A program made the position numbers and the translations under genes. From a virus (lineage: Duplodnaviria; Caudoviricetes), in IMG/VR virus record IMGVR_UViG_3300037762_000282, positions 4,850 to 68,849 of that record: a DNA stretch of 64,000 bases; one strand, given 5' to 3'. Below are positions 39,964-50,286 of this stretch, piece by piece. Each line of letters starts with the position of its first letter. Position 1 is the first letter of the stretch. The notes under the pieces were generated by a model. The model searched no databases. It saw only the letters and a list, made by a program, of their open reading frames with translations, and was not told where the DNA came from.

Positions 39964-40823
39964 GCCACCTCCTGCTGCGGGCCGCGGAGGTAGACGCGGA
40001 TGAACTCCAGAGCCCTTTCCGCCTTGTCGGCCGGCAGGTCTTCCGGATCGTCGTATCCGGCCATCGCCTTGTCGACCCTCAGGGACTTGATCTCATCGGG
40101 CCTGAGACGGGCGAGCAGGGTGCGAAGCTCTTGCGCCTGCTCAGGGCTCGCGAGCGTGACGCTTTCGACGCCGCGCTCCAGCTTCTCGGCGCCGTACCGC
40201 GCCGCGATCGACTCATAGGACCACGGGAAGGTCTCGCCATCCGGGAAGGCAGCAAGACGGGTCTTCGCGACGAATGCCGAGCGTTGCGGGTTGCCGCGCT
40301 CGCGGTCGAGCTGCAACCACAGGTCGAACGCATAGTCCAGCTTCTTCCAGCCGTCGAAGGTCTTGCCCACGACCTTCATTTCGTCGCCGTACTCGTTCTT
40401 CTCGTGGGCGGTGACGATCACGTTCATGTCGAGGTTCATCAGCAGCCCGAACAGCCGCTTGAACACCTTGCCGGCGTGGGCGTAGTGACGACCCCACTCC
40501 GAACCCTCAACCGCTTCGCCTTCCTCTACCGCCTCTTGCCAGAGCGGCGTTACGGAGTCGATCACGAGGGTGAGGTACGGATGGTCATCGGCGATCAGCG
40601 AGCGTACCTCCCGGATCACTTCGTCCGGGGAAGAAGACTCGAACACGGCGCCCCCGCTCGCTTCGATCAGGTCGCCGTAGTGAACCGATCCTCGCTCCGT
40701 GTCGATCACGTAGGGTTTCGGCATTTTCATTGCGGCCGTCGTCTTGCCGACGCCCGCGGCGCCGGACATCAGGAGCTTGAGTCGTTGGACCCTCTCCTCT
40801 GGTTTTTTCCCTCTCAAGGCCAT
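39960..40823 (-). CDS. AAA_24 / Sak4-like recombination ATPase
   Basis: Walker A GAAGVGKT, IDTERGS, LVIDSVT, VIVTAHEK. Confidence 0.85.
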   Translation of the reverse strand: MALRGKKPEERVQRLKLLMSGAAGVGKTTAAMKMPKPYVIDTERGSVHYGDLIEASGGAVFESSSPDEVIREVRSLIADDHPYLTLVIDSVTPLWQEAVEEGEAVEGSEWGRHYAHAGKVFKRLFGLLMNLDMNVIVTAHEKNEYGDEMKVVGKTFDGWKKLDYAFDLWLQLDRERGNPQRSAFVAKTRLAAFPDGETFPWSYESIAARYGAEKLERGVESVTLASPEQAQELRTLLARLRPDEIKSLRVDKAMAGYDDPEDLPADKAERALEFIRVYLRGPQQEVA

Positions 40824-41694
40824 CTGTCTCTCCTTTTCTGGGCCGTCATGAGGCCCGCTTCATCGTTTCGAGCTGCGCCGAGACAGGCTCGACGCAAACC
40901 GCAAGGATGAAAGCCATTGCTCACAGGAAGTGGTCGGTGCAGGGCGAGTCCTCGCTGTAGTCGTAGCGCTCGCTGTCGTTCTCTGGCCGCGGTGGCTGGC
41001 GTCGTTCGCGGTAGACGTGCTCGCTGCCGCAGACCGGACAGGCGTGCGTCTCGGTGTAGTACCAGCAGCCCTTCCCGCTGCGCCGGTCGGTGGCGCGCTG
41101 CTCAGCCGTGATCGGCATCGCCGCCTCCCCCGGGAGCGGTCAGCGCCGCCTTCGCGGGGAGCCCACAACCCATCTCCGCCGAACATTGGTGCGCCACCGG
41201 CTCAGGAGCCCCGACGAATCGCCCGGGTCCCTCCATCGCCCGCCGGCTTTCTTCATCCGCGGCCTGCTGGTCGGCCTGTTCGCCCGCGACGTCGAGCACG
41301 ATCCGCTCGACCCGGTGGTAGATCGCCAGCAGCCCCCGGCGGTACTCAGCCGGGACGCGGCTCGCGGCGAAGTCGAGAGCGGTCAGCGCCCGCTCGAGAT
41401 CGGTCAGCGGGTTGGTCCCTCCCGGCTCCGGCTCCGCTGCCGCGACAGTCCGTGCCCGGGAGATCAGCGACCCCGCCAGCGAGTGCCGGGTCACCAGATC
41501 GTCGAGGATTCCCTCGGCTCCCGCGATGCTGTTGCTGATGGCGAGGTGCGCGGTGTAGTCGCGCTCGGTTTCCGGCCCGGCCAGCTCGGCCAGCAGGCGA
41601 GCTGCTGCGGATCGGGTGGCGGTGGCGCCGAAGAGATCGGCCCCGAGACGACGCTCGATGGCGGCGAGGTAGGGGGCGCTCGGGCGGTGGCGGG

Positions 41695-42207
41695 TCATGC
41701 GGCCTCCGCGAGCGGTCGCCCGGCGATGCGCGCAGAACGCCACGCCTCGCCCCGCCATGCCCTTGAAACAGTATTTTTTCCGATCCCGTGAAGCCGTGCT
41801 AAAAGGCAACACGATGCCCGCCCGCGCATGAACCGGATGACCTTCACGGCTTCGGGATTGAGCTTGGCGCTCCAGTTCTTTTCTCCGCTCTGACAAGCCC
41901 CCCTCAGGCGCCCCTTGTCGTTCATGTCTCGCATGTTGTCGTCGTGCGTCCCTAGCCAAAGGTGGGCGGGGTTCACACAGCCAGGGTTGTCGCATGTATG
42001 AAGTACCCACAGGCCGGTCGGAACAGGCTCACCCGCGGCCAGCTCCCAGGCTACGCGGTGAGCTTTGAGCGTCGTCTCGCTGCCGCCTCCTACCCAGATT
42101 CGTCCGTAGCCATATAGATCACGGGAAGCCGTCCACGGCCAGCACTCGTCAGGGCTGCGGCGGTTAACCTTTGACCAGAAGCGATCTGCTAGAGTCTTGC
42201 GAGCCAT
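41695..42207 (-). CDS. HNH homing-type endonuclease
   Basis: RFWSKV..ECWPW..GYG..AHRVAWEL..VLHTCDNPGCVNPAHLWLGTHDDNMRDM. Confidence 0.92.
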   Translation of the reverse strand: MARKTLADRFWSKVNRRSPDECWPWTASRDLYGYGRIWVGGGSETTLKAHRVAWELAAGEPVPTGLWVLHTCDNPGCVNPAHLWLGTHDDNMRDMNDKGRLRGACQSGEKNWSAKLNPEAVKVIRFMRGRASCCLLARLHGIGKNTVSRAWRGEAWRSARIAGRPLAEAA

Positions 42208-44678
42208 TTCATCCCTCCTTTCCAGGGGTGGTGGTTAGCGACGCCCGCTCAGGTGCTCGCCTGGCGGGCGCCGTCGTTTGGGGTGGTCGAAGCCCCGATC
42301 TCGCTCGGGGCGGGCGCCTGGTGCCGGGCATACAGGGGAATGACCGACTCGCGAGCGGGAGTCCCATCGTGCCCGGCTGTCCTCGCCGCCAGGATCGGCG
42401 CCAGGAGTTGCTCCCCGCTCGGGTGACCGCTCGGGCACAGGGCCGCGCGCTCATGGCTGCGGAGCGCGGGAGAGCGGATTTCAGGTGGGGTTACGGTTCG
42501 GTGGGTGCGATTCGGGGGCATCGCAGACGCCGAAGCGGTCGCCCAAACGGGGAGCTGGTTCATGCGGCGATCTCCGCGCCGCGCTCGTCTCGGCCGTCAT
42601 CCAGACACCCAAGATCAGGGCTCACCCGGCAGCCCGAGCAGTTGACCTCGGCAGGCGTGCCACGGAAGAGCGACACGTACGAGTCGTGGATCGTGTGCAG
42701 GGGCACGGCGGTCCGCGGCGCATCGTCCCGGGCGATCGCGAGCCCGCAGGCTGTCGAGGTCAGGCCGGCAACGTTCCGCCGGCATCCCTCGTAGCGCGCG
42801 GGGCGGGAGGTGGCGTGCGTGACGCCGTCGCGGGTTCTCGCGATCCAGAGCACGTCAAATTCCCCCTGCGCGCCGGTCGAGGTATGCGCGCCGCAGGGCA
42901 TCACGCTGGCCGCCGGTCAGGGCGCGGTAAGCGTTGAATACCTCGCCGCGGCAGTGCTTCCACGCCCAGGCGTTGCGGATGTCTGGTGGTCGACCGAGCA
43001 GCCAGCAGGCGGCGAGAAAGGCGTTCTGCTGGCCAGACGACCAGAACGCCGGGTCGAACATCTCGGCGAGGCGGTTCGGCACGGGCTCGGGCGGCTGATC
43101 CGGCAGGACGATCTCAGCGGGCATCGCGCACCTCCGCGGCCTGGCGTCGCACCCGCAGCGCCTCGACGCTCAGCAGAGCCGGGCGAACGTCGCGGGTTCT
43201 CGCGATCCAGAGCACGGCTACCGCCCCCTCTTTTCCGCGGCGGCGGTGATCGCCTTGAGCAGACGCTTCCGGGCGCGGGTCGTGGCGGCGTCGGTCAGCA
43301 CGTCGCGGACGGCTAGCCGGTCGATCGCCGCGGCGTCTCTCTGGAAGTGATCGAGGGCACCGCTCTCGACCCGGAGCCCCGCTTCCCGGAGTTGGTCTCG
43401 AAGCGGTGGCGCGAAGACGCCGAAGCGGAGGGATAGCCGATCAGCCATCGGCGGCCTCCCGTCGATCCCTCGGCGCCTCGACGCTCAGCTCGTAGAGCCG
43501 GGCTCCGGGGGCCTCGACGAAACCAGTGCCGCGGCAGATCGAGCAGTCGGGATCGGGAGAGCGGGCGGCGCCGGGCCTGCGCGCCATCACCGGCCCGCCC
43601 GGGGTCGCCAGCTCGATGTCGTACTGCAGGTCGGCTGAGCACGCGCACGGCACCTCGGAGGCGGCCGGATCAGCCGAGCACCAGCAGCAGGGCTCGGCGA
43701 AGGCTGTGAAGGATTCGCACGCCCCGCAGATCACCTTCCCGGCGTCGGCAGCCTCTCGGGCGGCTCGACGGTCGCGCTCCAGGGCCTCCCGCTCGCGCAG
43801 CTCTCGGGCGTTGCGCCGCCCCAACCCCTCTACCGAGCCCCGGGACTGGTCGGCAGCAGGGGTCACGTCTGCCGCGTCCCGCACTCCGAGGCTCGATGCA
43901 GGGGTCGGGGTGGTGTTCATGCACCAACCCCGGGCACGGGCGCCAACAGGCGCCGGGCGGCCCGATCGCCCCACGGGTTGTCGGCGAGGTCGACGATCTC
44001 TTCCTCCCACCCGGGATGCTCGCCACCGGCAAATCGGTAGAGGTAGAAGTCGAGGCGCGGATTGTCACCGACCAGGAAGGGGGACTCAGGTTCGATGCCC
44101 AGGTCGCGACACACCGCGCAGAGTGGGCACCAGTCGTCGTCGTCGCGCAGCCCCTTTGGCGTCAGGCTGAATCGCTGCGCCGTCAGCGGCCACTGCCGCC
44201 AGAACATCGCCTCGGTCAGTTCGGTCGTCATGACGCACTCCGCAGCGCGTCGAGCATCTGGCGCTTCTCACTCTCCAGCACGCCTTCGTCGATCTCGAAG
44301 TAGCTGGCGAGCAGGCTGGTGATCGGCTTGTGGACCGTCCGGAGGTGGTGCCCGTGGTAGCGCGCAAGATGCCATCCCTGCTTTTGCAGCCAGTCCAGGA
44401 ACTCGCCGATCTCCTGGCTCTTGTCGGAGATGGCAGCCAGCTTCTCGTGCTCGGGATAGGCCATCACGCCGCCTCCTTGAGCGCCGCCCGTGCCTCACGC
44501 TGCGGGTGACGCCTCGCCGGCCTCCCCGCGGCTCGCGCTCGCTCGGCTCCGATCACCCGCTCGACCTCGGCGGTTCGCGCCTTCCACCAGCCGGCCTCCG
44601 CCTCCATCGCCCGGGCGGTCCGGTACAGGGGCAGGAGGGCGAGGGCGGCGAGGGCGAGGATGAGGAGCAGGGCGCCCA

Positions 44679-44924
44679 TCACGCCGCCTCCCCGGTGGCC
44701 GATCCGTCCTGGGGGAGTTGGTCGGCGGGGGTCCACCGCCGCGACTCGACGCCGTACAGCATCTCGATCAGCGCGCGGTTGTCGCCGGACGGTCTCTTGA
44801 TCCCCGAGATCCACTCCGAGAGGACGCTCGGCGAGACGCTGAGAGCCTCCGCCATGTCCTTGCGGCGCATGCCCCGCTCTTCGCAGATTCGGGCGAGTGT
44901 CGCGCCCGCCAGTTCGTTCTTCAT
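44679..44924 (-). CDS. Cro-like HTH regulator
   Basis: GMRRKDMAEALSVSPSVLSEWISGIKRP; first gene of the leftward early arm, divergent from the repressor. Confidence 0.8.
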   Translation of the reverse strand: MKNELAGATLARICEERGMRRKDMAEALSVSPSVLSEWISGIKRPSGDNRALIEMLYGVESRRWTPADQLPQDGSATGEAA

Positions 44925-45077
44925 GGGCGAAGTCTCCCACGGCGAACGAACCGTGTCAAGCACTTTCGGCGAGAAAGTCGCAGATAGCGGAGAACTCGCC
45001 TACATTGAGAGAGTTACGGGGTAGGTGCGCATGCACACTTGATTCGCACGCGGCGAACGAGTAGGATCTTCGCCCCA
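44924..45077. promoter_or_regulatory. Divergent lysis/lysogeny switch: two sigma70-like promoters and GGCGA(A/G) operator boxes
   Basis: Leftward TTGACA(44959)-N17-GAGACT; rightward TTGATT(45039)-N17-TAGGAT; GGCGAA-N11-TTCGCC palindrome at 45052..45074. Confidence 0.7.
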
Positions 45078-45535
45078 TGCGAATCGCGGAGCGCATCGGA
45101 CCGGCCCTAGAGCGACTGCGGCGAGAGCGCGGCCTCACCCAGAGCGAGGTCGAGAGGCGGGCTGAGATGACGCCGCGCTCGCTGACGAAGTACGAGCGGC
45201 CACGACGCTCATATTCGTGGTCGTCGATCGAGAAGATCCTCGACGCCCTCGACGCCGACCTCCTGGACCTGTACCAAACCCTGACCGGCGAGCCGCCGTC
45301 CCCTTCGCCGCCTCCGCCGCCCGTCAACGCTGAAGGCGCCGATGAGCCGATCGACAGATTCGCAGTTCGGCTCGCCGTCGAGGCACTGCGAGACCGCGGG
45401 GCCGTAAAGGAGTTGAAAGAAATCGCGATGTCTGGCAAGCTCCCCGATCTACAGCGCGCGGGTGAGACATCGGGGCGGGTAGACAAAGGGACAGCCCCCG
45501 TGCGCGGGAAAGCGGCCCGTGGGAATGGGAGCTAA
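45077..45535 (+). CDS. CI-like XRE repressor (no S24 peptidase domain)
   Basis: LERLRRERGLTQSEVERRAEMTPRSLTKYERP..IEKILDAL. Confidence 0.82.
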   Translation: MRIAERIGPALERLRRERGLTQSEVERRAEMTPRSLTKYERPRRSYSWSSIEKILDALDADLLDLYQTLTGEPPSPSPPPPPVNAEGADEPIDRFAVRLAVEALRDRGAVKELKEIAMSGKLPDLQRAGETSGRVDKGTAPVRGKAARGNGS

Positions 45536-46547
45536 GTTGGATCGCCACCTACCAACCCTTGCTGACCTCAGCATGCTCCCCTCGAGGGCGCGATGCCACC
45601 GCCTCGAGGTCAGCGACGATCTGCGCACGCCGGGCCTGCTGGAGCTGCTGATGGTCGAGGCCCGAGGGCGCGGCCGGCGGGCGATCGGGTGGGCCTACTC
45701 CGCGATCTCCGCCGCCGAGCGGCCGGAGGACCAGGCCCTCGGCTACGCCCTGCTCGGTCAGGCGCTCCGCCGGGAGGCGTGCCTCTCCGCCGCGGCCAGC
45801 GCGTTCGACCGGGCGGCCGACCTGATCCCCGCCGAAGGTGACCCGGACCTCCGCGCCGAAGCGCTCGGCCTGGTCGGCAGGTGGCGTCAGCACCTCCGGG
45901 ACTTCGACGCCGCCGGCGAGCTGCTCCGCGCCGCCCTCGACCTCATGCCGCCGGGCACCGATCGGCACCTGCATCTGCGGATCGCAGAGGCAACGCGGCG
46001 GGGGCAGGCCGGCCAGCCGGGGGCGGCGACGAACGCCCTGGCAACGATCGCCCTGGAACTGCGCGAGCGGAAGGCGGCGGACGAATGGCTCGATCTCGTG
46101 GTCGGGCACAACCTCGCCTCCATGCTCACCCTCGCCGGCGAGCACGATCTCGCCCTCCGGACCCTGATCGAGCTGCGCGCGCTCTACCTCCGGACCGCCG
46201 GCCAGTCCTACGCCTACAAGGCCAACTGGCTCGCCGGCCGGATCGCCCTCGACCTCGGACAGCACGAGGCGGCGGACGCGCAGCTCTCATCCGTCGCTGC
46301 GTCGGCCAACCTCCGCGACCCGATCGACTGCGGCCTACTGGAGCTGGAGCGGGCACACGCTGCACTCGGCTGCGGCCGGTGGGCGGAGGCGGGTCAGCGG
46401 GCAACCCGGGCGGCGGGTCTACTCGGAGGCCTCGGCATCCGCGTCGAGGCGACGGCAGCGGCGATCACGGCAGCGGAGGCGATCCAGGCTGGGCAGGTGC
46501 AGGCGCTGGCTGCGGTGGTCGCCGCGCGGCGGCGGATGGGGGCGTAG
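45519..46547 (+). CDS. Tetratricopeptide-repeat protein, candidate peptide receptor
   Basis: Repeated A/L/G helical TPR-like units (ALGYALLGQAL, GHNLASML, WLAGRIAL); overlaps the repressor stop. Confidence 0.75.
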   Translation: MGMGAKLDRHLPTLADLSMLPSRARCHRLEVSDDLRTPGLLELLMVEARGRGRRAIGWAYSAISAAERPEDQALGYALLGQALRREACLSAAASAFDRAADLIPAEGDPDLRAEALGLVGRWRQHLRDFDAAGELLRAALDLMPPGTDRHLHLRIAEATRRGQAGQPGAATNALATIALELRERKAADEWLDLVVGHNLASMLTLAGEHDLALRTLIELRALYLRTAGQSYAYKANWLAGRIALDLGQHEAADAQLSSVAASANLRDPIDCGLLELERAHAALGCGRWAEAGQRATRAAGLLGGLGIRVEATAAAITAAEAIQAGQVQALAAVVAARRRMGA

Positions 46548-47226
46548 CCCGTGCTAAACTCGCCGTTGATGCTGTCGCCATCGTCCATCCCTTGGCCCGC
46601 GACCTTCGACGGCGTGCCCTACGCCTCCATCGGCGAGCCCTCGATCGAGCAGCGCACGAGGGAGTTGATCGCTGCCAAGGCGCTCAAGCTCGCAACAGAC
46701 TGGATGCGCTCCAACCCAGGACGCGGGACTCCCCGCATCCTGATCGTGTGGCCTGAGCCGTCGGCCGAGCAGAGTGTCGTCCACCTCATAGTCGACGAAC
46801 ACTGCACTGGACACCTAGAATGGGGACCGGAGGTGAGACCATGAGACGGTGGCTGTTCCGCAATCCTTACCGGCGTACCACCCTCAAGGCGCTGGCGGTT
46901 CGGATGCCGCTCCGCTGGTGGCGGTCATGGGCGCGGCTGCTCTGGAAGACGCGCCAGCACCCGCGGCTGCGGCGCGCCGGCTGGATCGCCCACATGTACC
47001 GCCACGCCTACGCGCAGAGCCTGATCGTCGCGGTCGACGCGGCTCGGCGGCTGAGGCGGTTCGGCTCGCGCGAGGAAGCGACACGCGCCCAAGTCCGTTC
47101 CTTCAACGCACGCCTGAGGCTCAACAGCATCGGCGCTCAGGAGCGGATCGCGCAGTTGCAGCAGCAGCTCGCCGAGGTCGGATAGCGGCCGAGCCTGGGG
47201 GCGGTCGGACTCGGCCGCTTCAACCT

Positions 47227-47460
47227 CTAGCCCCCGGGGTCGATCTCCGGCCCCGAGTCCCCCTCCCCTCCCCCGTTGCTCTGCTCCGGCGGAGCGGCCG
47301 GCGCCGGCGGACCGAGCACCGCCCCGACCATCGCCTCCACCCACCCCCGCACCACCTCCACCCAGGATCGCTCCATCCGCTCCTGCTCGAGCGGCGCCGC
47401 GACCGCCGGCACCGCCCCGATCAGTACGACCGCGACTACCAGACAGATGAGCTTGCGCAT
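47227..47460 (-). CDS. Small secreted pre-pro-peptide (77 aa) ending GDSGPEIDPGG
   Basis: RBS AAGGGGGAG; signal MRKLICLVVAVVLIGAVPAVA-A; W-rich amphipathic middle; Pro/Gly linker. Confidence 0.75.
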   Translation of the reverse strand: MRKLICLVVAVVLIGAVPAVAAPLEQERMERSWVEVVRGWVEAMVGAVLGPPAPAAPPEQSNGGGEGDSGPEIDPGG

Positions 47461-47596
47461 GTGCTCCCCCTTCCGAGCTGGCGGCACGGCCGAGATTGGC
47501 CGGGACGCCAGACCCTTCGCCCCCTGAGTGTATCGGCTTATCGAGATGGGAGCATGGGGTTGCGGCCGGCGGGGTGCGGGAGTAGGCTCGGGCGCA

Positions 47597-48043
47597 GTGA
47601 CGAAGACTCAGGGGCGGGCCAAGTCTGCGGGTAGCGGTTGCATAATCGCTGGCGTCTCCGTCGTCGGAGGATGGCTGGTTTTGGTCGCCTTCGTCGTCTT
47701 CGGCGGTGGCGTCTTCAGCGGGGTTGACCGGCGCCAGCCAGCCAGCACCTCTCCGGTAGAGGAGGAGGCCGAGGTGGCCCCGGAGCCTCTGCACAGCAAG
47801 GTGGAGGCGTACGTTTACTGCAAGATGCTGGTGCGCAACAGCCTCAAGGCACCGGCTACGGCCGTCTTCCCTCGGGAGTCCTACACCGATGTGACGGTGG
47901 ACCAGGGGGGAGGTCGGTACTCTGTACGGTCCTACGTAGATGCTGAGAACTCGTTCGGTGCGCTGATCCGAAGCCGGTACGAGTGCACCGTCAAGAGCGT
48001 CGGGAGAAAGCGGTATGAGGTGGTGAACTTGGTGATCGGTTGA
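47597..48043 (+). CDS. Membrane-anchored conserved hypothetical protein
   Basis: TM helix, then LKAPATAVFP..YVDAENSFGALIRSRYEC. Confidence 0.6.
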   Translation: MTKTQGRAKSAGSGCIIAGVSVVGGWLVLVAFVVFGGGVFSGVDRRQPASTSPVEEEAEVAPEPLHSKVEAYVYCKMLVRNSLKAPATAVFPRESYTDVTVDQGGGRYSVRSYVDAENSFGALIRSRYECTVKSVGRKRYEVVNLVIG

Positions 48044-48317
48044 CCCCCGGACACGATTCCCGGCACGACCCCTGCAACGCGCCCGCCCGCGTCTCAAGAT
48101 CTACCTCTCTGAGATCTTCTTCTTCGCTGGTAGGGGTGTAGAGAGAGACTCCTATCAGCACCAGGGCGCGCGAGACCCCTCCGTTCAGGGGATCAGATCT
48201 GATCACCCTCCGGGTCAGCAGCAGCAGCTCCCCGACCTCGCCGGTCGACCCCGGCGCGGCTCAAATGCGTTCACCACCTCAAGGTCCCCGTCTCCTGCTG
48301 GTAGACTGAATGCCGGT

Positions 48318-48611
48318 ATGGCTCGCTCGCCCGCAAAGACTCGCCCTTCTCCCTCTCTTGAGATCCGCTACGTTCCCATCGCGGAGGCTGTGCCGTGGGA
48401 CCGCAACCCCAAGCGCGACGACATCGGCTCCCTGGTGCAATCGATCCAGCGCTACGGCTTTCGCGACGCCCCGATCTTCGACTCCACGCTGGGCGCCATA
48501 GCAGCGGGAAACGGCTTCGGCCTGGAGATCAGCCCGGAGTACGTCGCGGTCATCCTCGAGCGGGCGGAGAAGTTCGGCCTCACGCCGAAGCTGGAGAGCG
48601 GCGATGCCTAA
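48318..48611 (+). pseudogene. Internally deleted ParB-methyltransferase remnant
   Basis: ParB N-terminus (PWDRNPK..QSIQRYGF..AAGNG) joined directly to an MTase C-terminus (FGLEISPEYVAVILER). Confidence 0.65.
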
Positions 48612-49017
48612 GAAGGGTGCCAAGAAGCGCCCCGCGGGTCGTCCCCGCTTCGAGTTCGACATGGGCCTCGTCGAGCGCTTGGCGCAGATCAGTTGCACGG
48701 ACGGCGAGATCGCCGCGGCCTGCGGCTGCTCGGTTGACACCCTCGCTCGGCGCAGGGCTGATGAGCCCGGTTTTGCGGAGACCATAGAAAGGGCTCGCGA
48801 AGCGGGGAAATCCTCGCTTCGCAGGGCGCAGTGGAAGGCGGCCCTCTCCGGGGATCGGACCATGCTGATCTGGCTCGGAAAGCAGCACCTCGGCCAGCAG
48901 GACAAGTCTGCCCACGAGCACTCCGGTCCGGGCGGCGAGCCGATCCAGGTCAAGCGGATCGAGATGGTGATCGTCGATGCCGGCGACGGCGACAGCGGAA
49001 CCAGCGCTCCGGATTGA
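48604..49017 (+). CDS. terS: Terminase small subunit
   Basis: GRPRFEFD..CTDGEIAAACGCSVDTL..SLRRAQWKAA..MLIWLGKQHLGQ; directly upstream of terL. Confidence 0.75.
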   Translation: MPKKGAKKRPAGRPRFEFDMGLVERLAQISCTDGEIAAACGCSVDTLARRRADEPGFAETIERAREAGKSSLRRAQWKAALSGDRTMLIWLGKQHLGQQDKSAHEHSGPGGEPIQVKRIEMVIVDAGDGDSGTSAPD

Positions 49018-50275
49018 GGTCCCGCGCCCTCTCCGCCCGCTGCTCGCGCCGGCGCGGTACAAGGGAGCGCACGGCGGCCGCGGTGGTTGCAAGAGCCACT
49101 TCTACGCCGGCCTCCTGATCGCCCGTGCCATGTCGCAGCCCGGGCTCCGGGCGGTCTGCATCCGGGAAGTGCAGCGCAGCCTCGAGCAGAGCGTCAAGCG
49201 TCTCCTCGAGGACAAGATCGAGGCCCTCGGCGTCGGCGCGCACTTCCGCGTGCTCAACACCCACATCGAGACGCCGGGCGGCGGGATCATCATCTTCCAG
49301 GGGATGCAGAACCACACCGCCGAGAGCATCAAGAGCTTGGAGGGCTACGACCTCGCTTGGGTCGAGGAGGCGCAGGCCCTCAGTCAGCGATCGCTCGACC
49401 TGCTGCGCCCCACGATCCGCAAGGAGGGGAGCGAGCTGTGGTTCTCGTGGAACCCCCGGAGTGCCAGCGATCCGGTAGACGCCTTCCTGCGCGGGGAGAA
49501 TCCGCCGCCTGCGTCGGTGGTCGTCAAGACGAGCTGGCGAGACAACCCGTGGCTCCCCGATGAGCTGCGGGCGGAGCTGGAATGGGATCGCCGTCGGGAC
49601 CCTGCCAAGTATGCGCACGTCTGGGACGGCGAGTACCTCCAGAGGACCGAGGCCCTGGTCTTCCGCAACTGGGAGGCCAAGGAGTTCGACACACCCGCCG
49701 ATGCCCGCTTCTACTTCGGCGGCGACTGGGGGTTCTCGGTCGACCCCGCCGTGCTCGTGCGCTGCTGGATCGACGGCCGCAAGCTCTACATCGACGGCGA
49801 AGCCTACGCGGTGGGCTGCGAGATCGACTACCTGCCGTTCCTCTTCGGGGGCTGCGAGGACGGGGAGTTGCAGACGCTCTGCGCCGACGCCTGGAAGGCG
49901 ATCCCTCGAAACTACCAGGCGTGGCGCGGGATCGAGGGTGCCCGGAAGTGGCCGATCATCGCCGACTCACAGCGGCCCGATACCATCAGCTATCTCAAGC
50001 GGCACGGCTTCCCGAAGATCGAGCCGGCGACCAAGGGGGCGGGGAGTGTCGAGGAGGGGGTCGAGTGGCTCCAGAGCTACGACGTCGTCGTTCATCCCCG
50101 ATGCCGGCACACGATTGACGAGCTGTCGACCTACAGCTACAAGACCGACCGGCTCACCGATGAGGTGCTGCCCGTGCTCGAGGACAGTCGGAACCACGTC
50201 ATCGACTCGGTGCGGTATGCGGTCGAGAAGGTGCGGCGCGGTCGCCTACCGAGCGGGACCTGCCAATTGCGCTAG
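48977..50275 (+). CDS. terL: Terminase large subunit, PBSX/SPP1-type (headful)
   Basis: GGRGGCKSH Walker A, CIREVQRS, IKSLEG, WVEEA, FSWNP, DWGFSVDP, NHVIDSVRYA. Confidence 0.95.
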   Translation: MPATATAEPALRIEVPRPLRPLLAPARYKGAHGGRGGCKSHFYAGLLIARAMSQPGLRAVCIREVQRSLEQSVKRLLEDKIEALGVGAHFRVLNTHIETPGGGIIIFQGMQNHTAESIKSLEGYDLAWVEEAQALSQRSLDLLRPTIRKEGSELWFSWNPRSASDPVDAFLRGENPPPASVVVKTSWRDNPWLPDELRAELEWDRRRDPAKYAHVWDGEYLQRTEALVFRNWEAKEFDTPADARFYFGGDWGFSVDPAVLVRCWIDGRKLYIDGEAYAVGCEIDYLPFLFGGCEDGELQTLCADAWKAIPRNYQAWRGIEGARKWPIIADSQRPDTISYLKRHGFPKIEPATKGAGSVEEGVEWLQSYDVVVHPRCRHTIDELSTYSYKTDRLTDEVLPVLEDSRNHVIDSVRYAVEKVRRGRLPSGTCQLR

Positions 50276-50286
50276 AGTGAGAACCC

